From Octopus sinensis (taxonomy: Eukaryota): a DNA stretch of 23,312 bases. This document shows positions 1 to 10,945 of the stretch, in pieces. A model generated the notes under the pieces. The model had not been told where the DNA came from and did not search any database. It saw only the letters and a list, made by a program, of their open reading frames with translations. The stretch is taken from the NCBI RefSeq assembly GCF_006345805.1, contig NW_021836670.1:1-23312 (forward strand). The letters are read 5' to 3'. The position numbers were made by a program, and so were the translations under genes. The stretch's first letter is position 1. Each line of letters begins with the position of its first letter.

Positions 1-97
1 AAAACAAAAGTTACTGGAGTTGATTTGTTTAACTAAACAGTTGAAAGTGATGCCTTAGCTTGGCCATAATTGAATGACAGAAACAAATAAAAAAAAT
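1..97 (+). mobile_element. Diverged 3' end of SINE family A, cut by the window edge
   Basis: TACTGGAGTTGATTTGTTTAACTAAA...GCTTGGCCATAATTGAATGACAGAAACAAATAAAA parallels the 3' ends of the copies at 7349-7492 and 8424-8795. Confidence 0.7.
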
Positions 98-1029
98 ACA
101 GCATATAAGTGTGTGTGGGGATTCATGAATATATATCAATAAACATATATGTACATTCATACATATACACATATACAGTTTTTATCATAAATATATAACA
201 AAAAATATCACATACCGTTGCTCCTGTATCCATGTTTGCACCTTGCATTTTTCTGTATATATAAATATATGTGTGTCTATGTGTATGTATGTATGTGTGT
301 GTATATATATATATATATTGTTTGTAAAATGTTGTTAATTCAGAAACATTTTACAATATATTCCACTGTGATAAACAAAAAAAGATATTCAAATAAATAA
401 AGTACACGCTTGGAGAAGTTGATTATTATGTTATATCCAGTTATGATGGTGGAGATGATCTTATATATATATATATATATATATAATCTACCAGGAACAC
501 TGTTTAAGAACAATCAATCCATGACACAGGGTGTCTCAGAGCACTGAACAATAATAAAGTTTTATGTTGAAGGGCTGTTGTGATATGACAGTATATATAT
601 ATATATATATGTAAATATATATATATAATATATATATATACAGACACATATACATACACAGAACAGAGACACTATGTTATGACACAAGATCACAGAATGT
701 GATACCAATATATGAGATATATATATCACTGTGACCCAATATCAATCTGTATGTGTGTGTGTATATACATGTATATATATGTGTGTGTATATATATATCT
801 ATATATACACACATACACACAAATTGATCTATATATCTATCCCTGCGTTACAAGTAGGTAATATCCAACGGCAAGTTTGAAATGACTGGTAACTTATAAC
901 ATGGTGATTTGATGTAGTAGAGACAACTATTAAAAAAAAAATGGGCGGTTACCTTCAGTTAACAATAACATAAATAACAATAGAGTAACAACTTTGGTGG
1001 AGGTAAGATAGACACAGGCACAGCTGATT

Positions 1030-1460
1030 GTGGAAAAGAGGAATAACATGGGTGAGAAAGAGAGACAGATAGAGGGAGTGAGAGCAGGAGAGAGAGAGAG
1101 GGGGAGGGAGAGGAAAATGTCAGGCATTGAGAATGGAATAGTGTGGGAGTCAGAGGGAGAGGGAGAGAGAGAGAGAGGGAGAGAAAGAGAGACAGTTTGT
1201 GTATGCATGCATGGGAGATCGATAGAGTGAAAGTAGAACAGTCTGTGTGTGTGTGTGTGTGTGTGTGTGGTGTAAAAGAGAGAAAAAGAAATAAATGGAT
1301 GTGTAAATGGCAGTAATATTGAAAAATAGAGGGGAGCAGAAGAACAGTTTGAGTGTCAGAAAGAGAAAGTGAGATAGAGACAGAAAGAGAGAGAGAGAGG
1401 GGGAAGGAGGGAGGGAGGGAGAAGGAGTAAGAGAGGAGGTGGGTAAAAGGAAAGTTCAAA
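1030..1460. repeat. Polypurine GA/GGA-rich low-complexity tract with embedded (GT)n
   Basis: Runs of GAGAGA and GGAGGGAGGG, with (GT)n at ~1243-1269. Explains the S/L/P-rich and E/R/G-rich ORFs. Confidence 0.9.
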
Positions 1461-1541
1461 ACGTGTATATCTATGAAAAAGAATAGGTGAGATCATATGG
1501 AGGGTGTGTATATGTGACAATTTGTAAGGTGTAAGCATATA

Positions 1542-1750
1542 CAATAATGACTCGACTATCACGGATGTTACATTCCAAAACCTCCCCCACGATAGGTGAA
1601 AATCCGTGAAGTAGAAACAGTACTGTACTGCATATTTTTTAATTATTTTTTTTATCTGTATATGTCTATTTTATTATAAATGCAAAACGACACCACGGAG
1701 GAATCAACATAGGCTTAAATAATAAACTGCGATATAGCAAGGGATTACTG
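1542..1750. mobile_element. pogo/Tigger-like MITE
   Basis: Left end TA|CAATAATGACTCGACTATCACGG. Right end reverse-complemented reads CAGTAATCCCTTGCTATATCGC. These are imperfect TIRs of the CAGTAATCCCTCG type. The interior is CpG-richer than the flanks and non-coding. Confidence 0.65.
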
Positions 1751-1864
1751 TCTGTGTAAGAATGTGAACATGTGTCTGTGTTAGGCACAACGGTGAATAG
1801 ATGGTATGATTGTCTCAATCTCTCTCTCTGCCTCTCTAAATGTGTGTGTGTTGTGTACATATAC

Positions 1865-2352
1865 ATCATCATCATCATCATCATTTAACGTCCGCTTTCC
1901 ATGCTAGCATGGGTTGGACGGTTCAACTGGGGTCTGGGGAGCCCGAAGGCTGCACCAGGCCAGTCAGATCTGGCAGTGTTTCTACAGCTGGATGCCCTTC
2001 CTAACGCCAACCACTCCGAGAGTGTAGTGGGTGATTTTATGTGCCACCGACACAGGTGCCAGACGAGGCTGGCGAACGGCCACGCTCGGATGGTGTTTTT
2101 TATGTGCCACCGACACAGGTGCCAGACGAGGCTGGCAGACGGCCACGCTCGGATGGTGTTTTTATGTGCCACCGACACAGGTGCTGGCGAACGGCCACGA
2201 TCGGATGGTGTTTGTTACGTGCCCACAGCACGGAGGCCAGTCGATGCGGTACTGGCTACGGCCACGTTCGGATGGTTTTCTTGTGTGCCACCGGCACTGG
2301 TACCACAAAGATACAAATTCCATTGATGTTCATCTATTTTGATTTGTTTTGA
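1865..2352 (-). mobile_element. SINE-like element, family C, with (ATG)n tail and internal ~63-bp tandem repeats
   Basis: On the minus strand it contains GGTTGGCGTTAGGAAGGGCATCCAGCTGTAGAAAC and ends GGACGTTAAATGATGATGATG. The same motifs occur in the plus-strand copy at 14740-15047. GC-rich relative to the flanks. Confidence 0.85.
2035..2305. repeat. Minisatellite of ~63-64 bp inside the family C element (two full units, about three partial)
   Basis: TTTTATGTGCCACCGACACAGGTGCCAGACGAGGCTGGC...CGGCCACGCTCGGATGGTG recurs at ~2035, ~2098 and ~2160 (internally deleted), then degenerates at ~2213 and ~2278. Confidence 0.95.
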
Positions 2353-2682
2353 TTTTCTGATACAAATACATACATACACACACACACACACTTATATATA
2401 CATACATATATATACATACACATACATATATGTGTGTGTGTATAAATATATATATATATATTTATAAAACCTTAAATTAGAGGACTTCACTCACAAAAAT
2501 TGTAAAGTATGACCACAAATTTTGGGATGTGGTTTATAATTCCATCCTTATGGAAACCAGGATAATTTTCAAGAATTTAAAAACTATACTTTCTGACCAA
2601 AAGCCACCTCTCTGTATTTTAGCTAAGATCAGAGTAGCTAACAAGACAAAAAAAAACACAAAAAAAAAACAAAATACATAAA

Positions 2683-2716
<34 letters not shown>

Positions 2717-3121
2717 TTGTGTTTTGTGATTTATTCTAAGGTCACAATGAGGATGTCTAACACCAATGCAACCACCACTATTACACACCTACTAACAATA
2801 ACATTAAAATAGTAAGAGCAAGATAAACAACTCCATCTAAAATAAAAGACAATATCACATGAGAAATTGTGGAACCCATGTGTATTTTAGAAATTGAATG
2901 AAATGTCTTTGATTTTAGGTCAATGAGGATTGACTCTAGAGAAAATAAAAAACAATAAAAATATTAAAAGGAATATGACCACTATCACATCAACAATACA
3001 ATAAGCATCAATACCAGGAGCACTTCATCATCAGTGTTGAATAACAAACTGACAACAGTATTAGTATTTGCATGATAGGTTTGCCTGTAGCTACATATGT
3101 TGTATATCAACACACCACTGA

Positions 3122-3122
<1 letters not shown>

Positions 3123-3188
<66 letters not shown>
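3123..3188. repeat. Compound (TG)n(GA)n microsatellite
   Basis: Directly visible in the sequence. Confidence 0.95.
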
Positions 3189-3581
3189 AAAAGTAGAGTG
3201 TGGAGTTTTTATGGTTCAAGTCAGAGGTGCAAAGTGCCCATGAATCTAGTAAACCTTCAACTAATTGCAATCATACAGCACTTCCTCCCGCCTCTTTCAT
3301 TTTTCCAGCATTTCATTTCTGCTCTTATACCCATAGGAATAAGATAACAATTTTTAACACATACTCACAAATCAATTTTTTTTCATGGGGCAGCATGCAA
3401 TGCTCACATTGATGTGTGATTGAGGATCAGATTCAATGTAATATGCTAATGGTAATTAAAAACAAAATGCCAAATGTTTTTATGATGAGCTGTAGAAAAG
3501 GGACAGGAAAACTTCTTATGAAAAACCTATTTTGTCTAGTAAAGGTTTGTTTGAAAGGTTTAAGAAATGCTTGAGTTTACA

Positions 3582-3730
3582 CCTGGGTTCTCATTCCTAA
3601 GGTAATTTTCGATGTTGTTGTTGTTGTTATTATTATTATTATTATTCAGGTCACTGCCTGGAATTGAACTCGGAATCTTGGGGTTAGTAGCCCGTGCTCT
3701 TAACCACTATGCCATATGCCCGTGGGCATA
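3582..3730 (-). mobile_element. Short tRNA-headed element, family F, truncated at its 3' side
   Basis: Minus strand reads GGGCATATGGCATAGTGGTTAAGAGCACGGGCTACTAACCCCAAGATTCCGAGTTCAATTCCAGGCAG, with A-box TGGCATAGTGG and B-box GAGTTCAATTCC. It is followed by (AAT)n(AAC)n and a short unique segment. Confidence 0.8.
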
Positions 3731-4199
3731 CTATTTCCAACAAAGTACTAAGTTTAAGACAATACACCAAGTGACACAGTGAAATGTAATGAACTTTTCT
3801 GATAATATGAAAATAGGATACATCCTCAAGACTACTTCTTTGTTCAAGACAATGAATCAAGGTGTGATTGCAAGAATTTTCAAATACATCACAATGCAAT
3901 TCACTGAATGTGACGCCACACCTCCACAAAACACACATCGGTTTTTTACACAATATCTCACCCTGTATACACTGAGCATTACTTACAGTCTATACATTGC
4001 ACATGACACACTCTTCTATACTACAGCATACACTGACTGTTGCAATACTACTTCCCACAAACCTACACTGATTGACTGACACTAAAATTCCATTGAACAT
4101 ATTCTGCTCAACTCATTGCACCTCATATACAATACATATTAACTAAGTCACTACACCATCACATAACATACGCTTTCAGTTGTAACACACAGCAGCAGA

Positions 4200-4570
4200 A
4201 TTTACAGTGACTGTCACATTACATGGCATAACATATGGTAACTGTCACACTACACTGCCAAACAAAATATAGTGACTGTCACATACCACACAGCATATAG
4301 TGAACATCATAACATACCACCACATAACATACATTCATAACCAGATTACGCAATCACAAAACATGCACTGACCATCACATTAAACCTACACACATTACAA
4401 AACACTTGTCATGCCTCCACATGAATGTGTGATTGTCACACATCTCACAACATACACTGACTGTCACATTAAAGTTTCACATAACATAGAGTGACAATCA
4501 CATGCTCCCCTCCACAACAAACACTAATTTACATACTACCGCATCATACAACACACAGTGACACAACATA
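4200..4570. repeat. Degenerate ~30-bp-period minisatellite with palindromic core GTGACTGTCAC
   Basis: Core or close variants at ~4207, 4238, 4272, 4299, 4368, 4428, 4457 and 4491, within a strongly A/C-rich, G-poor tract. Confidence 0.7.
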
Positions 4571-4773
4571 CACCTACTGCCATACAACCTCTCCAAAACA
4601 TCACACTAGACCTCCACCATGCAGTCACACAATACCAGCATATTACATATCTATATATAGCTTAAGGTATTCTACATATTTCAACATGCATTCACTGCCA
4701 CTCTACATTCTACATAATATATATAACTGTTACACAACACTATACTATTTACATCTATACTATTTACAGTGTA

Positions 4774-5646
4774 CAGGGTGTTTGGGCTTAATCAGACAAT
4801 ATCTTTGTGTCTTCCTTTTTCAGTAACAACCTGATGTATTGGTGAACAGGCAATGGCCTTATAGAGCATAAAGATTAAAGTTGTGGTCGAAGAAAAGTTA
4901 GCTGACATGCATGACTGGAAGCCATCTAAATATAGGAAAAGCATTACCAGTATCATAATGATTCATGCTGGGTATCAAAATGCTGACATCATGAATGCTA
5001 CTCAATACTTTGTGAACATTGTAAAGGTTGTAAGACATGACATGGACAGCTGCAATGGAAACTACAAAGACATGGACAGCAGGAAAGTGATGGTCCTTGG
5101 GTGTGTCTTTGGTGAGGGTTATGTCATGCTACCCCACACCTTTGAATTAGGCCTTAGGCTCAGTTGAGGCAGCTATGTGAAGTTGCTGCACATTATGGTC
5201 AAACCTTAGTTGGAGAGGGTTGTTGTCGGAAGGCCATGTGTAACATTAGGGTTCAGTTCCTTGCCATATCTCTAGAAAGAGTTAGAAGCGGTTGTTGGAA
5301 AATTTCTACAACTTCACCAGCCCCAATTTCTGGCCTCCTAATTCCCCCAATTGTAATCCCATAGATTACTCTGTGTGGGGTACAGTTGAGAAAAACACCT
5401 GCATCAATAAGGCCAAGCTGGGAACCAAGATGAAAGAGTTATTTAAAGATCTTCCAAGGAAGGTATGTGCCAGGTTTCAAAACCATCTTAAGGCTGTGGT
5501 TGAAACTGAAGGAAGCTACTTTGAGTAAACTGTTATCTCCTAACTCCTAACCATAATCTGGATGATATTTTCAGTTTTTTTTTAATACTTTTATTTTTGA
5601 ATGGAATATTGCTTTCTTTTCTTTTAATGCAAACCTGAACACCTTG
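4774..5646 (+). mobile_element. Decayed, internally deleted Tc1/mariner-superfamily DNA transposon (DD37D/maT-like)
   Basis: TA at 4772-4773 and 5647-5648. TIRs CAGGGTGTTTGGGCTT and CAAGGTGTTCAGGTTT match at 12/16. Transposase remnants lie inside. Confidence 0.85.
4907..5528 (+). pseudogene. Transposase pseudogene of the Tc1/mariner element
   Basis: Fragments KVMVLGCVFGEGYVMLPHTFELGLRL, YVKLLHIMVKP*LERVVVGRP, SVPCHISRKS*KRLLENF and WPPNSPNCNPIDYSVWG...LKAVVETEGSYFE* match the VMVWG, QQDxAPxH and WPPxSPDLNPxDY motifs. Multiple stops and frameshifts. Confidence 0.85.
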
Positions 5647-5704
5647 TATGGTGCAATGGTGACTAACAGAATCTATGAAGTCACTGAAGGATGGATCATC
5701 AACA

Positions 5705-5897
5705 TGGCTGCACAAATTACTAGAAATCACAACTAAATCCCTCCAGACATGACATCTGTCTTTAAAAAGTGAGCACAATGAATAAGATAGTTCACTGTTT
5801 GAAAAATAAAAAAAAGATTAAGATATGACAGACATAGATGGAATGCATTTAATCATATGTCTGTTCATTCAGGGCTGATCAGAGGCTGAACCGCAAC
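5705..5897 (+). mobile_element. Old interspersed repeat, family G
   Basis: CTAGAAAT...AAATCCCTC...GGAATGCATTTAATCATATGTCTG...GGGCTGATCAGAGGCTGAAC. Similar motif order at 10595-10782 and 19560-19748, with partial copies at ~9130, ~9940, ~10260, ~11355 (minus) and ~19780. Confidence 0.6.
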
Positions 5898-6520
5898 ACC
5901 ATAAATATTAGCATACACTAACTGTAACACAACATGCACCATACAAACAACCACACTACAAGCATCATGATGTTGCAATGAAGTCTGAGGAGTAGTGTCT
6001 GCTTTGAAATAATCAGTACAACTACCATAAACGCCACTTGATCACAAACTCTGCAACAAGAACCAGTGACCACTACTATGATAATTGCTATAATGCACAA
6101 CACTACCACTAAGTATACCTAACTGCAGACTAATAAGAACAAGAGACATGTAGCAGCAGAACAGTTTTGGCTGACGTACTAGCTGGAATTTGTGGTTTGC
6201 ATTTTCTTCCAGTCAACCATGAAGTGCAAAAAATTACTTGGTACTCACTCACTTGCCACCCACTCAATACTCAATCAGATATACAATACACAAGGTGTAT
6301 GTGGTCCTATTCACAGTATATAGGTAGCAGCCAAAATTGCAATACTATTCAAAATTAAACATGAATACAGATTTCTTTTTATAACAAATGAACTTACCTA
6401 TCAACTTACCTATCTTCCTACCTACCTATCTAGCGATTTATGTCTCAGTGTGTCTGTCTAGCCTACACACATATATATATGCAGATGTGCATAGACACAC
6501 ACACACACACATATATATAT

Positions 6521-6675
6521 AATATAAATTAGAGAAAAACAATGATAGACATAAACCAAATCATAAATAAAAAATAAAATATAAAAAATATATATATTTT
6601 ATTTTCTATTTATGATTTGGTTTATGTCTATCATTATTTGAATTGCATAATAGTGGTTTTTCTCTAATTTATATT
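6521..6675. repeat. Long inverted repeat
   Basis: 6541-6583 pairs with 6593-6635 (42/43) and 6521-6540 pairs with 6656-6675 (20/20). The right arm has 20 extra nt. Confidence 0.95.
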
Positions 6676-6736
6676 GTGAAATTTGATTTAATAATAAATT
6701 GAATTTTCCCCTGTAAGTTTGGTGTTATACTCCCTA

Positions 6737-6740
6737 ATAT

Positions 6741-6810
<70 letters not shown>

Positions 6811-6968
6811 GCATGTATATGCATATGTATAAGCCATGCATGTGTATATATTCATACATCTGTATGTGTGTGTGTATATAATATATATATGCATATGTAT
6901 AAGACATGCATGTGTATATGTTCATACATATGTATGCATATATATATATATATATACATACACACACA
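6737..6968. repeat. (TA)n microsatellite plus a ~70-bp tandem duplication of RY-rich sequence
   Basis: (TA)n at 6737-6808. ATATGCATATGTATAAG(C/A)CATGCATGTGTATAT(A/G)TTCATACAT occurs twice, at ~6817 and ~6887. Confidence 0.9.
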
Positions 6969-6984
6969 TAAATACATGATGGAC

Positions 6985-7299
6985 GGCAAATACAAGGTCT
7001 AGTGTCTGTTGTTCATACTGATATCAAAGCTCCTTTGATCTTTACTGATATATGATAGCATTAGCACAGCAGAAATGATGGAGACCAATCAATACTCCAG
7101 GAAATGGCTCAGTGTCCCACATGGCCTCTGATGTTGCTCCCTACTTTTCCCAAGCACCTCTAAAGTCCATTGCTGATGAATACAAGGTGGAAAAGCAAGG
7201 CTCTTGCGTATGTTTGAAGATTTGGGGACTAAAGTTCTAAGATCAATTCAGCCCAACCTGAGAACTAGCAGGAAATGGAAGGTTCAGGAGGTAGTGAAT
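6985..7299 (+). pseudogene. Decayed fragment of a non-LTR retrotransposon ORF, post-RT region (HERO-like, RLE group)
   Basis: Manual translation across two frameshifts: [46 protein letters not shown] / SDVAPYFSQAPLKSIADEYKV / ARLLRMFEDLGTKVLRSIQPNLRTSRKWKVQEVV. This resembles the GKFKxW...PRLLWPLL...RKWLGxP...ALY...EEFK...TGRKW pattern. It is absent from the ORF track. Confidence 0.75.
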
Positions 7300-7315
7300 G
7301 TAATAAAAATATGTG

Positions 7316-7346
<31 letters not shown>

Positions 7347-7348
7347 AT

Positions 7349-7492
7349 ATGTCCCCGTAACTTAGCAGTTTGGCAAAAGAAACCGATAGAATAAGTACTA
7401 GGCTTACAAAGAATAAGTTGGAGTTGATTTGCTCAACTAAAAGCAGTGCTCCAGCATGGCTGCAGTCAAATGACTGAAACAAGTAAAAGAGT
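7349..7492 (+). mobile_element. SINE family A, 3' half
   Basis: GTCCCCGTAACTTAGCAGTTTGGCAAAAGAAACCGATAGAATAAGTACTAGG...CAGTCAAATGACTGAAACAAGTAAAAGAG is the reverse complement of the ends of the copies at 18237-18648 and 21142-21536. Confidence 0.9.
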
Positions 7493-7944
7493 ATATATAT
7501 ATATATAATATATATATATATGCATACATATACAGATACAGAATGAAATCATACATTCCTGTAGAGAATCACTGATACATACTTTTATACACACCTATAT
7601 ATTTGAACATATATGCACATTTACCCAACTGTCTGAATGTATGCATGGTTTAGATTTATGTCTGTCTGTCTGCCCCTGTTTCTCTTTCTCTTTATGTAAT
7701 GCACACTTTTATACATCTAACAACCGTTAGATTCACCAGTAATTGTTAGTTAGTACCAGTCGCACATTTGTTTTGGTATTTTACAGTGTTTTAAGTGACC
7801 TTTTTCATTTGTAAAGCAGACATGAAACTGTTACCAACAAGTTTTTATGGAGTTTGTGACATTAAACGCTATCAAAACTGGACTGAAGGTAGTGACAGGA
7901 AGGAGGGTTAAATGAACAAAGAGGAGCACACAGAATATATTAGA

Positions 7945-8190
7945 GATTAGGCAGTAATTTGGGAGAGTCATTAGAGTAGCAGATAGAATGCTTTATGCTA
8001 TTTGTTCCAATTCTCTGTGGTGTGAGTTCAAATCTTTGCTGAGATCAACCTTGTCTCTCACTCTTTTGGAATCAATAAAAAAAAATACCAACGTTGGGAG
8101 GTGGATTGCTGGAACTGAAAGAATGTTGAACCAAACACCTTATGGTATTTGTTCAGTCTCTTTGTGTTCAGAGTTCAAGTCCTGCCAAGG
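7945..8190 (+). mobile_element. Two diverged family B-like SINE heads
   Basis: TGTGAGTTCAAATCTTTGCTGAGATCAACCTTG and TCAGAGTTCAAGTCCTGCCAAGG resemble TCTGAGTTCAAATTCCGCCGAGGTCGACTTTG at ~16281. Confidence 0.55.
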
Positions 8191-8423
8191 CCTACTTGAG
8201 TGGTAGACTTAATCCTTCGCCCAGTTTAATATCATTACCTAGCACCGTGGGTGCCTTTAGCAGAGTCCATTCTCTTGTAAGCATTTACACCAAATCTCTA
8301 GTACAATGATACCTTCTTTAGTACCCTCCTACCAGACTCAGAGACCCTGTAAATAATCATAGGTTTTGCCTTTCCAACTGACTAAATAAAATATAAATAT
8401 TAGAAATAACCATGATTATCCAT

Positions 8424-8795
8424 GAACGTGTGGCAGTGTGATAAGAAGCTTGCTTCCCAACCACATGGTTCCAGGTTCAGTCCCACTGCATGGCACCTTG
8501 GACCGACCAAAGCCTTGTGATTGAATTTGGTAGACAGAAACTAAAAGAAACCTGTGGTGTTTGTGTGTGTGTGTTTGTGTGCATGTGTCTTTGTTCTGTA
8601 TTTGTCCCCACACCACTGCTTGACAACCAGTGTTGCTGTACTTACGTCCCCTGTAACTTAGTGGTTCAGCAAAAGAGACTGATGGAATAAGTGCCAGGAT
8701 TTAAAAAAAAGTACTGGGGTTGATTTCTTTGACTAAAATTCTTCAAGATGGTGCCCCAGCATGGCCATAATCTAACAACTGAAACAAGTAAAAGA
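8424..8795 (+). mobile_element. SINE family A, near full length
   Basis: tRNA-like head TGGCAGTGTGATAAG...GGTTCAGTCCC, internal (TG)n, and 3' end ACTGAAACAAGTAAAAGA. Multiple homologues in the window. Confidence 0.9.
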
Positions 8796-8799
8796 TCTC

Positions 8800-9056
8800 T
8801 TAACTCTTTCTTGGAAACTATTTTGTTGAAACAGTCCCTAATTCTATGATACAAAACACCTGTTTTAAGATGTTTGTATTTAAATTGAAACTAATCAACA
8901 TAATTTTATACAAGAATGTTTAGTCAAGTCCAAACATCAATTTAATAATGACAAATTTAGGTTTACTAAATCCCTTTAGAATCTTGATTATTTCCATAAT
9001 TAATTCAAAAATACAAGCAGTATATTTCATCAGAAATATGCTGAAGAAAAGGTTAA
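8800..9056. mobile_element. TTAA-flanked MITE (piggyBac-like termini)
   Basis: Ends TTAA|CTCTTTCTTG and GAAGAAAAGG|TTAA. An inverted homologue lies at 16939-17415. Confidence 0.65.
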
Positions 9057-9594
9057 TATCTAGGTTCATACTCAAAAGCAGGGATTAATAGGAATTGACC
9101 CAAAATGAGGAGGAACAGTTATGGGATTGCCTGACTCACAAGAAATAACAACTAAGTCTCCACTAAATCACACCTTACTATCCTAGTAAAAGTGGCTTTG
9201 CTTGTATCAGAAAATGTAGTCCTAAGGGCTCTGTTAATCTAAGTTTGACCATGCATCTACATACAAATATGCACATCTGGGCAAAAGTTTTTGAGGAAGA
9301 CTTGTTGTTGACCATAGATACAAATCTCCCCTTTCCATGTCAACAATGTTTATCAAAGGTTGAAGCTATTAACTTGAACATTTACAGTTTGGCACCAGAG
9401 TTATTATAGGCATTGCAGAAGAGACACTGTAAGGCATCTTAACCTCAAACATTTCGGCCAAATCCATTATTCTATATTGATACTTTTTAAATCAATCTTG
9501 GTGGGATTTGAACTCAGATATTTTATTTAATACTCAAACACCTTGGCCAATTCACTGCCATAATGTTATCCAGGGGTAAACTGTTCCTGAAAAG

Positions 9595-9729
9595 GGTTTC
9601 TTTTAGTTTCTAACTACTAACTCTCACAAGTTTATGTTAGGCCTGGGGTTATGGTAGAAGACACTTGTCCAAGATGCCACATAGTGGTGGGGAATCAAAC
9701 TTTATATCAGACAGCCATGCCCGTGCCTA
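9595..9729 (-). mobile_element. SINE family A, diverged 5' half
   Basis: GGTAGAAGACACTTGTCCAAGATGCCACATAGTGG...ACAGCCATGCCCGTGCCTA parallels 21440-21536. Confidence 0.7.
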
Positions 9730-10594
9730 TATTAAAATTTCTACAAATCAACTTAAAACCTATATATCAACTACAAATCAATCTACAAATCAACTTAAAA
9801 CCTATATAAAAGACTAAGGCTGCTTAATATCTAGGAAGGGCTGTGAAAGTCTAACACCGATAGCAGTACAAGTTCTGAATTTTCTCCTGAGCCTTAAGCA
9901 TATTAGTCAATGAGGAAGCTTTTAAATGGTTAATCAAACCACTAGAAATAGAAACCAAGTTACTTCCATATTACAGCCTACAATCTTAAAAAAGGATGGG
10001 ACTGACCCAGGGTAAACAAAAAATAACAATGTTTAAGCATTCCACAGCTGTTAATGCTTCAACAATCACACATATTCACCTATAATAGGTCAATGAGTCA
10101 GCCTGGCAGACACAACTTCATTTAGTGTGCTTAGGGCAGGTTAACCTGGCAGCAGCCTATCTGGAAATTAAGTACAGTAAAAAAATTGCAGATATGATGA
10201 ATAGATGAAATGAAATGGCTCAACTAAGAATTACATCCTATAAGGAAGCCTCTACATAGTCATTTGGCCTGCTAAAAATCATAGCTAAATTTCTCTCAAA
10301 TTACATTAATTTATTTTAGAAAATATCCTCCTAGCTACTTTGCAAATAAGCAAATTATAGGCTAGTTATTGACAGAGTGCATAGACCCTTTAATTATGGC
10401 TAGCCTGTGGCTAAACAATAGAAACAACAACAACTCAGATGTCTGGGAGATTACCTCCATTTCACAGAGTGCATTAACTTTATATAAATCACATTCTCTC
10501 TCTCTTTCTCTCTCTCACACACACACAAGATTACAACAAAGAGAAAATGAGAAAACAAAAAAACAAAATGAAGAAGCCTCAAAGTTTTCCTTCA

Positions 10595-10782
10595 TCCTGC
10601 TAGAAATGGTAGTTAAATCTCTATCAAATTACACTCTAATTTATTGAAAAGATGGGGGCACACTAGCTAATGTATTCTATGAAACACAAAACTTAAAAGA
10701 AGGACAATATGGTCATGAATGGAATGTGCTTGATCACAGGTCTGCTCTGACCAGTTAAAGCTAACCTGGGGTTCAGCAACAA
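10595..10782 (+). mobile_element. Old interspersed repeat, family G
   Basis: CTGCTAGAAATGGTAGTTAAATCTCTATCAAATTACAC...TGGAATGTGCTTGATCACAGGTCTGCTC...AACCTGGGGTTCAGCAAC. Confidence 0.6.
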
Positions 10783-10877
10783 AGGAAATTCCATTCCATT
10801 GCTGAGAAACTACTAGGTCTGTTGTTAAACTTTCACCTCTGTCTCTTTACAGCAGTCAGTGCAACTTTGAATTTGTT

Positions 10878-10945
10878 AGGTACATGGCCTAATGGTTAGA
10901 GGTGTTTGACTTATGATCATATGGTCAAAGGTTCAATTTCTCAGC
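10878..10945 (+). mobile_element. Diverged tRNA-derived SINE head
   Basis: A-box TGGCCTAATGGTTAGAG and B-box-like GGTTCAATTTC at tRNA-like spacing. Confidence 0.55.

Noticed and set aside
959-1459. 166-aa S/L/P-rich ORF
   Set aside because: It is a translation of CT and CA low-complexity sequence.
1885-2352. Four overlapping ORFs of 97-141 aa
   Set aside because: They arise from a GC-rich, stop-poor tandem repeat inside a SINE-like element.
4200-4570. CRISPR-like array of palindromic repeats with spacers
   Set aside because: The core is only 11 nt and degenerate, the spacers resemble each other in composition, there are no cas genes, and the context is eukaryotic.
9741-9808. Direct repeat CTACAAATCAACTTAAAACCTATATA, two copies
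   Set aside because: It is a small local tandem duplication with no sign of function.
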